Source: Elusimicrobiota bacterium
GTDB taxonomy: Bacteria > Elusimicrobiota > UBA8919
Reading direction: 5' to 3'
NCBI GenBank assembly: GCA_043816185.1
Contig: JBDRIG010000103.1
Location: 1-20,125, forward strand
DNA length: 20,125 bases
The translations under genes were made by a program, and so were the position numbers. Positions 7,489 through 16,319 of the stretch are shown here, piece by piece. Each line of letters begins with the position of its first letter. Positions within the stretch are counted from its first letter, which is position 1. The notes beneath the pieces are model-generated. The model saw only the letters and a list, made by a program, of their open reading frames with translations, made no database searches and was not told the origin of the DNA.

Positions 7489-8481
7489 TTATATAGTTGG
7501 TGTATTGTCAACTTTGCTGGAAATATTGTCACACGATGAGTCATCTGCAATAGTAGGATCGGCAATCGTTTTCCATCTTTTGTGAAACCAAAACCAGTGG
7601 TCAGGATATTTTTTAATAAAGTTCTCTAAAATCTGAGTATATTTTGAAGTTAAAAGTTCAACATCTAACTCGTAATTTCCAGTTTTTTCGAAATCAATTT
7701 TCAGAAATTTTATCTTATGCATACTAAATTGTTTTTGTCTTATGCAGAATCCAATAACGATTGGCACATTTAGACGTAGCGAGAAAACTGCTGGGCCTTT
7801 TGGAGTCGAAGCAGGCCGAGAAAAAAAATTAACAAACACGCCATCTCTTTTTCCTGCATCTTGGTCAGAAAGCATCGCTACAAATCTGCCAGTTTTAACT
7901 GCTTTCATAACCCCTTTTAATGCCATTTTTAATTGAATGATTCCTATTTTTTTAATTTTCCTGTAATAATTCAAAAGATTATCGACATATATATTGTGTT
8001 GTTTGCCAACCAAAAAAGCAAGCGGATAACCTTTTTGACAAGTAGCGGCACCCATGAGTTCCCATGAGCCGAAATGTCCAGCGACAAGTATCGCACCCTG
8101 TTTTTGTGCTAAAAGTTCATCTAAAAATTCAAGTCCTTCAAATTCAATTTTATTATTTATAAGTTTTTTGAAATTCAATTTGGGAAATGATAAAAGTTCA
8201 ATCATTGACATTCCAAAATTTTGATATGTTCGACGGGCAATATCAAAAAGTTCACCAGAATTTTTATTCGGGAATGCTAATAAAAGATTTTTTACAACAA
8301 CATTTCTTCTAATTTTTAAGACGAAAAAGGCGATGTCGCCAAGACGACGACCTATCAATAATGTTAACTGCAATGGCATAATCAGAACAAATATATTAAA
8401 AATAATTAGCAGTGTAAGTTCAGTTAGATAACCAATTTTTTTCAAGTTGACCCCGTTCAATTCAAGATTGGTTTCATTCAA
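7489..8481 (-). CDS. lpxL: Lipid A late acyltransferase (LpxL/HtrB family)
   Basis: AGHFGSWEL, LSDQD, FFSRPASTPKGPA and PDHWFWFHKRWK motifs. The exact paralogue identity is uncertain. Confidence 0.85.
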   Translation of the reverse strand: MNETNLELNGVNLKKIGYLTELTLLIIFNIFVLIMPLQLTLLIGRRLGDIAFFVLKIRRNVVVKNLLLAFPNKNSGELFDIARRTYQNFGMSMIELLSFPKLNFKKLINNKIEFEGLEFLDELLAQKQGAILVAGHFGSWELMGAATCQKGYPLAFLVGKQHNIYVDNLLNYYRKIKKIGIIQLKMALKGVMKAVKTGRFVAMLSDQDAGKRDGVFVNFFSRPASTPKGPAVFSLRLNVPIVIGFCIRQKQFSMHKIKFLKIDFEKTGNYELDVELLTSKYTQILENFIKKYPDHWFWFHKRWKTIADPTIADDSSCDNISSKVDNTPTI

Positions 8482-9920
8482 GGTTGGCCTTGTTCAAGGC
8501 TGACTCCATCAATTTTATTCAAAATTTCATAGACCTTAATTTGTTCCTCTTTACCCTTTATAGAAACGGACGGAATTTCTCGTGCAACAACCATATCGCT
8601 AACTTCTTTATATGTACATTCGCTAATTAAAATTTGTGTACCAAGCTGCTTGTTTAACGTCTCAATTCGTGATGCTAAATTAACAGTATCACCAATAACA
8701 GTATATTCCATTCTAATGTCAGTACCTATATTTCCTACCACAAGATTGCCAGTGTGAATCCCAATCCCAATATCTATTTCATCTTTACCGTTTATTTTTC
8801 TTTTTATATTGAGGGTTTTTAATTTTTGTTGCATTTCAATTGCAGTTAATATCGCTCTTTTTGCATCGTTGGGGTAACAAATAGGTATACCAAACACAGC
8901 AAGAATTTCGTCGCCAATAAATTTATTCAGAGTACCATTGTAATTTGTAATAACAGAAACCATTTCGGCAAAATATTCATTAAGAAATTCTATAACCTCT
9001 TCGGGCTGAAGTTTTTCACTTATGGACGTGAAATTTCTTATGTCACTAAACAGGACCGTTGCTTTTCTTCTTTCTCCACCAAGTTTTAACTGACTATTTA
9101 GTATCGTTTCGGCAATCTCTTTCGAAACATATTTACCGAATGTATTTCTAATAAAATCCCTGTCTCGCAAACCTTTAACCATTCCATTAAATGTATCTGT
9201 TAATTCACCAAGTTCATCGTTTCTTCTCATTACGATTTTTTGGTTTAGATCCCCAGCTCCGATTTTTTTCGCCGCAGATACAAGAATATTTATCGGTTTA
9301 ATCATTATTGTAACTATGAGTATTGTTGTGAGAATAGAAGCAAAAAGTATAGCGACAGTGATCAAAATAATTTTATTTCGCATTTCTTTTAAAGCAGCAT
9401 TTACTGACTCTCTGGAAAAATCAATCCGTGCTGAACCGATATTTTTTTCATCCCACTCTTCTTGAAGGTCTTTGTCTTTCATCCCACTCTTCTTGAAATC
9501 AGAAAGAATGGTGAAATCCGAAGATGGACGAGGCTTGCCGATTAAGATTGGTACGTTTATCCCATAAATCCCTTTCTCTTCAACAATAAATGTTTTATCA
9601 GTAATATTTATTTTCCCACCAATTTTAGTTTTATCACTATGGGATAGTATGATACCTTTATCGTCTAAAACCATTGCGTTAAGGATTGCTTTTTCTTTTG
9701 CCATCTCACAAGTAGCAAAATAAAGATTGAATATATCAATTTTTGGAAAAAGTGATTCCTTAACATCCCTTGCAAAAAATTCTGTTTTTACCTGCATTTC
9801 TTTGACAAAATAGTCCCTCGTTTGTTTTAAAGTAAAAAACGCCATGGTCGACATAATAACAAGTATTATTGCCGAAACAATTCCGCTGAATTTAATAGCA
9901 ATTTTAGAAATTTTTTTCAT
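8478..9920 (-). CDS. Membrane class III adenylate cyclase with periplasmic domain and HAMP
   Basis: Two TM helices, HAMP (DELGELTDTFNGM), LFSDIRNFT, KFIGD, IGIGIHTG and YTVIGDTVNLASRIE motifs. Confidence 0.92.
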   Translation of the reverse strand: MKKISKIAIKFSGIVSAIILVIMSTMAFFTLKQTRDYFVKEMQVKTEFFARDVKESLFPKIDIFNLYFATCEMAKEKAILNAMVLDDKGIILSHSDKTKIGGKINITDKTFIVEEKGIYGINVPILIGKPRPSSDFTILSDFKKSGMKDKDLQEEWDEKNIGSARIDFSRESVNAALKEMRNKIILITVAILFASILTTILIVTIMIKPINILVSAAKKIGAGDLNQKIVMRRNDELGELTDTFNGMVKGLRDRDFIRNTFGKYVSKEIAETILNSQLKLGGERRKATVLFSDIRNFTSISEKLQPEEVIEFLNEYFAEMVSVITNYNGTLNKFIGDEILAVFGIPICYPNDAKRAILTAIEMQQKLKTLNIKRKINGKDEIDIGIGIHTGNLVVGNIGTDIRMEYTVIGDTVNLASRIETLNKQLGTQILISECTYKEVSDMVVAREIPSVSIKGKEEQIKVYEILNKIDGVSLEQGQP

Positions 9921-9978
9921 ATTAAAAGTAAAAAAAATTTTTCACTCTTCATCCGTTCTTCCAGCGTTCATTCTTTGA

Positions 9979-10062
9979 GACCGTGCTATAATAGATAAAA
10001 ATCTTTATGTCAACGCAAATGTGTAGGTGTCATCCATGGAAAAGCATCATTGCGACACAGTC
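9979..10062. mobile_element. 84-bp related MITE, copy C (degenerate left end)
   Basis: Right end ATTGCGACACAGTC is identical to MITE A/B. Left end GACCGTGCTATAAT is preceded by TGA. The interior is different. Confidence 0.6.
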
Positions 10063-10068
10063 TGTTTT

Positions 10069-11493
10069 TCACTGTAATACAGCCAAAATACAGTTAATTT
10101 TATTCATAAGTTTATTGGAATTTTCATTATTTGGGTCCAAACTTAAGATTTCTTCTAGAATTTCTTTTGCCTTGACATACCGACCACTCATATAATAATC
10201 TACCGACTTATAGTACAATTGTTCAATTTTTTTTGTATCTATTTTTTTTGTATCCAACTTTCTTTTTATATTACTGATTTTAGTTCTTATTATAGCAATG
10301 TGTTCGGTTGCCTTTTGATGGTTAGGTTCCAATTGCAATACTGAATTAAATTTTTCAATTGCATCAGTATAATTGTTATTTTTGAAAAATTGCAGTCCCA
10401 AATTAAAAGTTTTCTCAACTATAATTTTAATTTGTTCTTTAGCAGCTGCGATTTTTCGTTTTGCTCGTTGATTGCCTGGTGTAAGATCAAAAATTTTTTC
10501 CCATTGCTCAATTGCTTTTACATATTCTTTCCGATAGAAATAACCGTTTCCCTGTTTCAACAACTGTGCAATTAGTACCTCTTGTTTTTCTATTATCTGT
10601 TTTTTATGTTGTTCTTTTTGTTTTTCGATTAAAGCCGCAGTAATTTTTTGAATATACTCTTTCGCTTGTTGATTATTATGTTCAAACTCGAGAACAGATA
10701 TCCATTCAGCAAGAGAATTTAACAAATCACCGCTGCAATACAAAGCACCTGCTTTTTTAACAGATTGCTGAATAAGTTGTTTTTCCTTTACTACATTCAA
10801 TTTTTGCGTTGCTTCCTCAATCGCATTTTTTATCTCAATATTATTTGGTTGCCATACTAAAGCATTGTCAAGCTCTTGAATCGCTAATTCATAATAATCT
10901 TTTTTGTAATATTGGAGACCTTTTTCATAAAAATTTTTAGCAATTTTATTTATTTCTCTCTTACTAAAATCAATTTTTCCATTCTTTCCATCCCGTTCTT
11001 TCTTTACTAATTGAACCATTTTTTTTCTGTTTTGTTCTTCTTCTTTTATTTTTTGCTTTTTAATTTTTATCAGATCGTTATTAATTCTTTTGATCAATAA
11101 AATCGCTTCTATATTCTTTGGATTTTCGTCGAGCAACTCAACAAGACAATCTATTGCAGTTTCATAATTTTTTGATCGATATGATTTTAAAGCAGTTGAA
11201 AATTTGTTCTTTTTTTCCTGTAATTGAACCGTTATTTTATTTAGAAAATCTTGTACTTCTTTATTTTTAGGATTAATAATTAGTGCTTCGATGAAATTAT
11301 CAATAGATGCTTGGTAGTTTTCTTCTTTAAGGTATTTTTTTCCATTATCAATATATTTTTGTTCAGATGGCGTTGTGGCTGGCGTTGTGGTTGGCGTTGT
11401 GGTTGGCGTTGTGGCAAAAATAAAAAAAACAGGACAATAACTCCTGTATAAAATAAAGATTGTTATAATAATTTTTATGATTTTATGCTTCAC
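10069..11493 (-). CDS. Multi-TPR protein with N-terminal hydrophobic segment and (TTP)n linker
   Basis: Repeated TPR-like helices ending in ..NP.N..A/..EP.H..A, interspersed with coiled-coil stretches. Confidence 0.85.
   Translation of the reverse strand: MKHKIIKIIITIFILYRSYCPVFFIFATTPTTTPTTTPATTPSEQKYIDNGKKYLKEENYQASIDNFIEALIINPKNKEVQDFLNKITVQLQEKKNKFSTALKSYRSKNYETAIDCLVELLDENPKNIEAILLIKRINNDLIKIKKQKIKEEEQNRKKMVQLVKKERDGKNGKIDFSKREINKIAKNFYEKGLQYYKKDYYELAIQELDNALVWQPNNIEIKNAIEEATQKLNVVKEKQLIQQSVKKAGALYCSGDLLNSLAEWISVLEFEHNNQQAKEYIQKITAALIEKQKEQHKKQIIEKQEVLIAQLLKQGNGYFYRKEYVKAIEQWEKIFDLTPGNQRAKRKIAAAKEQIKIIVEKTFNLGLQFFKNNNYTDAIEKFNSVLQLEPNHQKATEHIAIIRTKISNIKRKLDTKKIDTKKIEQLYYKSVDYYMSGRYVKAKEILEEILSLDPNNENSNKLMNKINCILAVLQ
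11368..11415. repeat. In-frame 12-bp tandem repeat x4 (encodes ATTP/TTTP)
   Basis: TGGCGTTGTGGY repeated four times. Confidence 0.9.
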
Positions 11494-11510
11494 AATTATT
11501 TTTCTTACAT

Positions 11511-12800
11511 TTATCTAATTTCTTCTCTCAGTCCTTTATTTGCTTCTTTCATTTTTATAAGCACATCTTTATACGATGGATCTGTTGAGATAATAGTGTT
11601 GAATTTTATAAGTGCTTCAAGGTATTTTTTTTCTTTCAAGCATTCAACCCCTTCTTGATATATTTTTTCAAATTCAGATTTTTTCTCAGGTTCAACTTTT
11701 ACTTCCTCTTTTTGTTTTTCTTCTTTTTCTTTCGTTTCTTCTTTTCTTACTTTTCTTTTCTTCGTTTCTTTCTTCCTCACTTCTTTTTTCTTTATCTTTT
11801 TCTGCCTCACTTCTCTCTCACCATTACCACCAAATTTTACAATTACAGAAATACGATGAGTATCGCCTAAATCACTATAAGGCACGAATGCGTAATCAAG
11901 CGAATAATCTTTGAATGAAAAACCAAAACCACCACGAAGTCCGTCTGTCCAATTATAATTTTCTGTATTTATTTTGTATCCACTTCGCAAGAAAAACACA
12001 ATTGCTTTAAGTTTATATGGATACTCCATTCCGAGATTAAAATATGGATTCTCATATTTGTGTTTGTTAATATCCATTTCTACGAATAAATTACTTTTAT
12101 TACCAATAAATCGGAGTAAAAAATTCTTGGATGCTCCTATTTTAAAATTTAATGGAAGCGGCTCATCCTCGTTTATATATCTTATTTTTGGCCCCAGATT
12201 TTGAACGGCGGCTCCTATCAAACAAAATCTATTACTATAAATTGCTCCAAAATCAAATCCTACCGTATTTCCTACGCTCGTAGTATCCAACTGGGAATGG
12301 ATATATTTCAAATTTGCACCATAATTGAACCTATTAATTTTGTTTGCATATGTCAATACGAATGCCATATCATGTGGTTTATATGTCGTATTTAGTGGAT
12401 TATCATAATTGTCGTATTCTTCTATGGAATCTTTTAAATGCAGGTACGTAATTCCTGCACCCAACACACTTGATTTATTTATCGGGCAACCAAATGTTAA
12501 CATCCCACAAGATATGTTCTCATAAAGCCAGCTATGAGACATTGATATTTGGTTTTGATTTGCCACAGAAATCCGCGATAATCCAGCAGGATTCCAATAT
12601 GGCGAATTGATACTGCCTAACGCTACTCCCGTTTCACCCATAGCGATATTTCTGACGCCGACAGGAATATCAAAAAATGCAGCAGAGGTTGTTTTGGCAA
12701 TCAATAATGACGAAGATATTTTAATCATCAAACAACAAAAACAACAAAAAATTATTTTTTTCATCTTATAGTTTATAATCTTATAATTTATAATCGCCAT
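11511..12800 (-). CDS. PorV/PorQ-family outer-membrane beta-barrel fused to a K/E-rich linker and a C-terminal TPR
   Basis: F.DIPVGVRNIAMGE, YWNPAGL, QNLGP, PLPLNFKIG and DYAFVPYSDLGDTHRIS motifs. Start could be the Met at 12764. Confidence 0.82.
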   Translation of the reverse strand: MAIINYKIINYKMKKIIFCCFCCLMIKISSSLLIAKTTSAAFFDIPVGVRNIAMGETGVALGSINSPYWNPAGLSRISVANQNQISMSHSWLYENISCGMLTFGCPINKSSVLGAGITYLHLKDSIEEYDNYDNPLNTTYKPHDMAFVLTYANKINRFNYGANLKYIHSQLDTTSVGNTVGFDFGAIYSNRFCLIGAAVQNLGPKIRYINEDEPLPLNFKIGASKNFLLRFIGNKSNLFVEMDINKHKYENPYFNLGMEYPYKLKAIVFFLRSGYKINTENYNWTDGLRGGFGFSFKDYSLDYAFVPYSDLGDTHRISVIVKFGGNGEREVRQKKIKKKEVRKKETKKRKVRKEETKEKEEKQKEEVKVEPEKKSEFEKIYQEGVECLKEKKYLEALIKFNTIISTDPSYKDVLIKMKEANKGLREEIR

Positions 12801-12802
12801 CT

Positions 12803-13429
12803 TTATCTTATAATTGCTATCTTTCCACTCTTTTTGTGATTTTGACTATTTGCCACAGACACCTGTGATGAATCTGTTCTGCCAGTAATTATATAAATGT
12901 ACAGTCCACTCGCTAAGGGGTCGCCGTCATTATCAGATGCATTCCATACCAATTCTCCGTTTAACGTGTCATCCTCGTTTTCATAAACTAATTTACCTGC
13001 AATGTTAAATACTTTTACTTTTGTGTGTGATGTTAAGTTGGCAAATGTTATTTTAGTATGCCCTAAAGATGGTTTAAAAGGATTAGGATAACAATGTGCT
13101 TTTGTTAAATCGGTCTCTAATTTTGAGTTAGGCTGACTGTTTGCGATGCCCGATATTTCATAACCACCGCCTGTTAATTTAGCATCTGTAATATCAGAGA
13201 AAATTGTTTGTTGGACAGTGTAGCCACCATTACTTATCGTTGAAGAAAGTGCAGTGCTGCCAAACGACGAAATAAAATAATAACTGTTCGATAAAAATGC
13301 AAATAACGCTGTCTTGGTTGTTATGGCAACCGCAAAAACAGTTAACAATAATAATAGTACTAAGTAGGTTCGCCGCAGGGTTTGTTGTAAGGTTTGTCGC
13401 AGACGAAATAAATATTTTTTAATTTTCAT
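12803..13429 (-). CDS. Small secreted protein with T9SS type-A-like / FlgD-Ig C-terminal sorting domain
   Basis: Signal-peptide-like N-terminus; CYPNPF, VKVFNIAGKLV, W...DNDGDPLASGLYIY and GKIAIIR* motifs. Confidence 0.8.
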   Translation of the reverse strand: MKIKKYLFRLRQTLQQTLRRTYLVLLLLLTVFAVAITTKTALFAFLSNSYYFISSFGSTALSSTISNGGYTVQQTIFSDITDAKLTGGGYEISGIANSQPNSKLETDLTKAHCYPNPFKPSLGHTKITFANLTSHTKVKVFNIAGKLVYENEDDTLNGELVWNASDNDGDPLASGLYIYIITGRTDSSQVSVANSQNHKKSGKIAIIR

Positions 13430-13537
13430 ATTGGTATCTACCGAAACTTTTTATATTATTACTGTGTCTCAATGACGGTTTAAACCCTATCGGTCTTAAA
13501 TTTCCGATATAAAATATATTCAAATAACATTTTTTAC

Positions 13538-13566
13538 TTGACAAATTTTGAGTGTTTCGGTATACT
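13538..13566 (+). promoter_or_regulatory. Near-consensus sigma70 promoter, opposite to the flanking genes
   Basis: TTGACA (13538-13543)-17 nt-TATACT (13561-13566). Confidence 0.75.
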
Positions 13567-13572
13567 CATGCC

Positions 13573-13644
13573 GGCTTAAGCACGAACCGTAGATATCGCT
13601 TAATAGTCGATAATCGTTGATGGTTCATGACTTGAGCCTTTTTT
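13573..13644 (+). ncRNA. Candidate ~72-nt hairpin small RNA of unknown family
   Basis: Starts 7 nt after the -10 box. 5' GGCUUAAG-CACGAACC pairs with 3' GGUUCAUG-A-CUUGAGCC, there is an inner AUCG/CGAU stem, and it ends in U6. Confidence 0.55.
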
Positions 13645-13745
13645 ATTGTATCAAATGACTGTAACTTACAACGGAATTTTTAAACCTACCACATCCGAAC
13701 TACCTACAAAAATTCATATCTACGTATAAACCACAACCGCGGCGT

Positions 13746-16085
13746 TTAATGTTTAATAACTGTTATCCTAAATATATATGAATCAGGATCGCCCGTTGAT
13801 ATGCCGCCATAATTATTAAATCTCACTGTTACTGTATTATCATTGCTTACCCACGATGTAAAACAAGTGCTGTTTATATTAGCTAATATATTAGGTGGAC
13901 CTAATATCACTGTATCACCAGGATTTGCACCTTGTATATTAACGTAAATATCCCTGTTCTCATTTTGAGGAACAGCGGGAAAATCCAGTAAAACAGTTAC
14001 CGATATATATTTTATAATAGGTGTACCGTTGCCAATTGTGATAGATGAACAACTTACCGCTCCACTAAAAGTCGCAGTTGAACATTGTAGTGTACCATCT
14101 ACGACCACACTGCTTTGAAATACGGTAAATGTTGGTGTTGTTTTGTTAAACCCGACCATAAGTGAGTCGGCAGTATTGTTGACAAGTGGACTGGTACCAC
14201 TCGAACCTTTGCCAATAACGATGTTGTTGTAATTAGTTGATTTTACGTTTTGACCTATTCCTACTGACCAATTAGCTCCTGAAGTAACAGTCGCACTACC
14301 TATTGCGGTTGAGTAACTTCCCGCAGCAATTGAACAAAATCCCATCGCGGTTGAATGATAACCGCTGGCAATTGTATTTTCTCCCATTGCGGTTGAGGAT
14401 TGTCCACTGGCTTTTGTATTATATCCCATTGCGGTTGAGTTTTGCCCGCTGACTGTTGCGTTGTTTCCCATTGCAGTTGAGGCATACCCACTGGCAGTTG
14501 TCAAATATCCCATTGCGGTTGAGTAATCATTACTGGCAGTTGTACCAAATCCCATCGCAGTTGAGTATTGTCCATTGGCTTTTGTATTATATCCCATTGC
14601 TACAGATGCAGTATTGCTTGAGATTGTATTCCACCCACAAGCAAATGAATAGTTGGAGATGTTTGCATCATCCCATTGAGTATCATCTGTACGTCCTGCC
14701 CTGAATGCACTTTTTGCAGGATACCACATTAATCGTGTGCCTGAACCTGTTGCGGGAATTGCACCAACACTTCCTGCGAATAATAAACCACCGCCTGTCA
14801 CTTGAATAGCGGGAACCGTTGCTGTCTGTTGTATAAGTATCGCATTAGTCGCACCTGTTTGAAGTATTTTTAATGCGGGGTTTTCGTCAGAATTATTAAC
14901 AGTATTTTTGGCAACAAATATACCTGTGGCAAGTTGTAAATCATATACATCGGTTCGTAGTATGCCGGTGGATAGAGCAACTGCGTTTAAATCACTTCGC
15001 AGCGTGCCAGTGGATGCCCTGCAATCTTTATCTATCGCTATTGCCTCTACCCCAGTCAGTGCAGAGCCGTCACCGTAATATTTTGTTGCTGTCATTTTCC
15101 CTGATAATGTTATTGTAGAACCAATTATTTCACCTGTCATTGTACCACCAGATAGATTGAGTTTGCTTGTGTTAAGTACGCCAGTTGCTAATTGCAGATT
15201 ATATACATCGGTTCGCAGTATGCCCGTTGATACTTTTATTTCATTGTCTATCAATACCAATTCAGTTCGCAGCGTACCTGTGGATAGAGCAACTGCGTTT
15301 AAATCGGTTCGCAATGTTCCTGTGGATGCCCTGCATTCGGCATCTACTGCACCAGATGCACTACCTGCAAAATCAGCATAACTCGCAGATGATACTTTTA
15401 TATCATAACTTTGTCCAATAGATATTTTACTGGGTGTTATCGCACCGTCAGCAATGTCTGCCGTTGCTATCGTTGAATCTATTATTTGATATGTGCCAAC
15501 TGTGTCCTGCGATAAATCTCCAGCAAGAGACAGTGTGCCTGGAATATCAGTCAATTTTGACCATGAAACACTACTGATTTTTACATTTGCTATTGCACCA
15601 TCAGCAATCTTTGCAGATGTTACCGCACCATCGACAATTTTTGGCGTTGTAATCACACCATCGTCTATGTTTCTTGCTTGTAATGCATAGACGGTTGATG
15701 TAAGTTCTTCTCGAGGGGTCAGAGCGATATCGTCTATTATTACTTCAATGTAGTATGGTCTGATACCCCAATCGTTGATAGTAATTGGTTCTAAAGTATA
15801 TGAAAATGCACCCTGCGAAACCAACACCTGCTTGTTGTCACTGTTCCAATATTCAGTATTGTTTGAATCAACTATTCGGAATTTCATTTGCTTCGTTCCG
15901 TTGACCAACACACCATCTTTTTTCATAACCCCTTGATATTTAATTTTGTTGGGTGTAGCAGAGTAGAGGTAGAAAGAAAAAGAAAAAGATAGGAAGAGAG
16001 CGAGTAGAAAACTTTTCAGAATTGCCAGTTGCTTCGTCATAGACAAATCCAGTTGCCAGTTGCTTGACTTTAAAATTTTGCGCAT
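13746..16085 (-). CDS. Secreted fibre/adhesin-like protein with coiled-coil repeats and YadA-head-like 14-aa repeats
   Basis: GGAGG RBS before ATG 16085; signal peptide; P..I.YQG...LTPR..L.S..YAL N-terminal domain; IADGA repeats; STG(T/I)LRTD repeats; GTRLMWYPAKSAFRAG; STAMG..T.ASG repeats. Confidence 0.8.
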   Translation of the reverse strand: MRKILKSSNWQLDLSMTKQLAILKSFLLALFLSFSFSFYLYSATPNKIKYQGVMKKDGVLVNGTKQMKFRIVDSNNTEYWNSDNKQVLVSQGAFSYTLEPITINDWGIRPYYIEVIIDDIALTPREELTSTVYALQARNIDDGVITTPKIVDGAVTSAKIADGAIANVKISSVSWSKLTDIPGTLSLAGDLSQDTVGTYQIIDSTIATADIADGAITPSKISIGQSYDIKVSSASYADFAGSASGAVDAECRASTGTLRTDLNAVALSTGTLRTELVLIDNEIKVSTGILRTDVYNLQLATGVLNTSKLNLSGGTMTGEIIGSTITLSGKMTATKYYGDGSALTGVEAIAIDKDCRASTGTLRSDLNAVALSTGILRTDVYDLQLATGIFVAKNTVNNSDENPALKILQTGATNAILIQQTATVPAIQVTGGGLLFAGSVGAIPATGSGTRLMWYPAKSAFRAGRTDDTQWDDANISNYSFACGWNTISSNTASVAMGYNTKANGQYSTAMGFGTTASNDYSTAMGYLTTASGYASTAMGNNATVSGQNSTAMGYNTKASGQSSTAMGENTIASGYHSTAMGFCSIAAGSYSTAIGSATVTSGANWSVGIGQNVKSTNYNNIVIGKGSSGTSPLVNNTADSLMVGFNKTTPTFTVFQSSVVVDGTLQCSTATFSGAVSCSSITIGNGTPIIKYISVTVLLDFPAVPQNENRDIYVNIQGANPGDTVILGPPNILANINSTCFTSWVSNDNTVTVRFNNYGGISTGDPDSYIFRITVIKH
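14299..14634. repeat. 42-bp in-frame tandem repeat x8 (STAMGxxTxASGxx)
   Basis: CCCATTGCRGTTGAG-like cores at 14299, 14341, 14383, 14425, 14467, 14509, 14551 and 14593. Confidence 0.9.
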
Positions 16086-16130
16086 AAAAAAAACCTCCGA
16101 GTACCGATGTAATTTATCTTTCGTCATTGA

Positions 16131-16243
16131 GACTGTATCGCAATGAGCTAAAAAGTTGCATTTTTATAGAAGATAGCAACTGATGGTAAAATATGGTACT
16201 GCAATCCAATACTATATGGTAAAAGATGGATTGCGACACAGTC
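16131..16243. mobile_element. 113-bp MITE, copy B
   Basis: Five substitutions relative to copy A. TIR GACTGTATCGCAAT...ATTGCGACACAGTC, flanked by TGA on both sides. Confidence 0.85.
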
Positions 16244-16319
16244 TGAATGACAGCTTTTCACAGACCGTGACTGCAAATGATAAACGACTTTATATTAAAG
16301 ATTCACGTCTGTTTTGTAG

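Noticed and set aside
11655..11870. Phe-rich + strand ORF resembling a membrane peptide
   Set aside because: It is the antisense of the K/E-rich linker of the PorV-like gene.
14299..14634. CRISPR array or DGR-type repeats
   Set aside because: The 42-bp period is in-frame protein repetition with no unique spacers, no adenine-specific variation and no reverse transcriptase.
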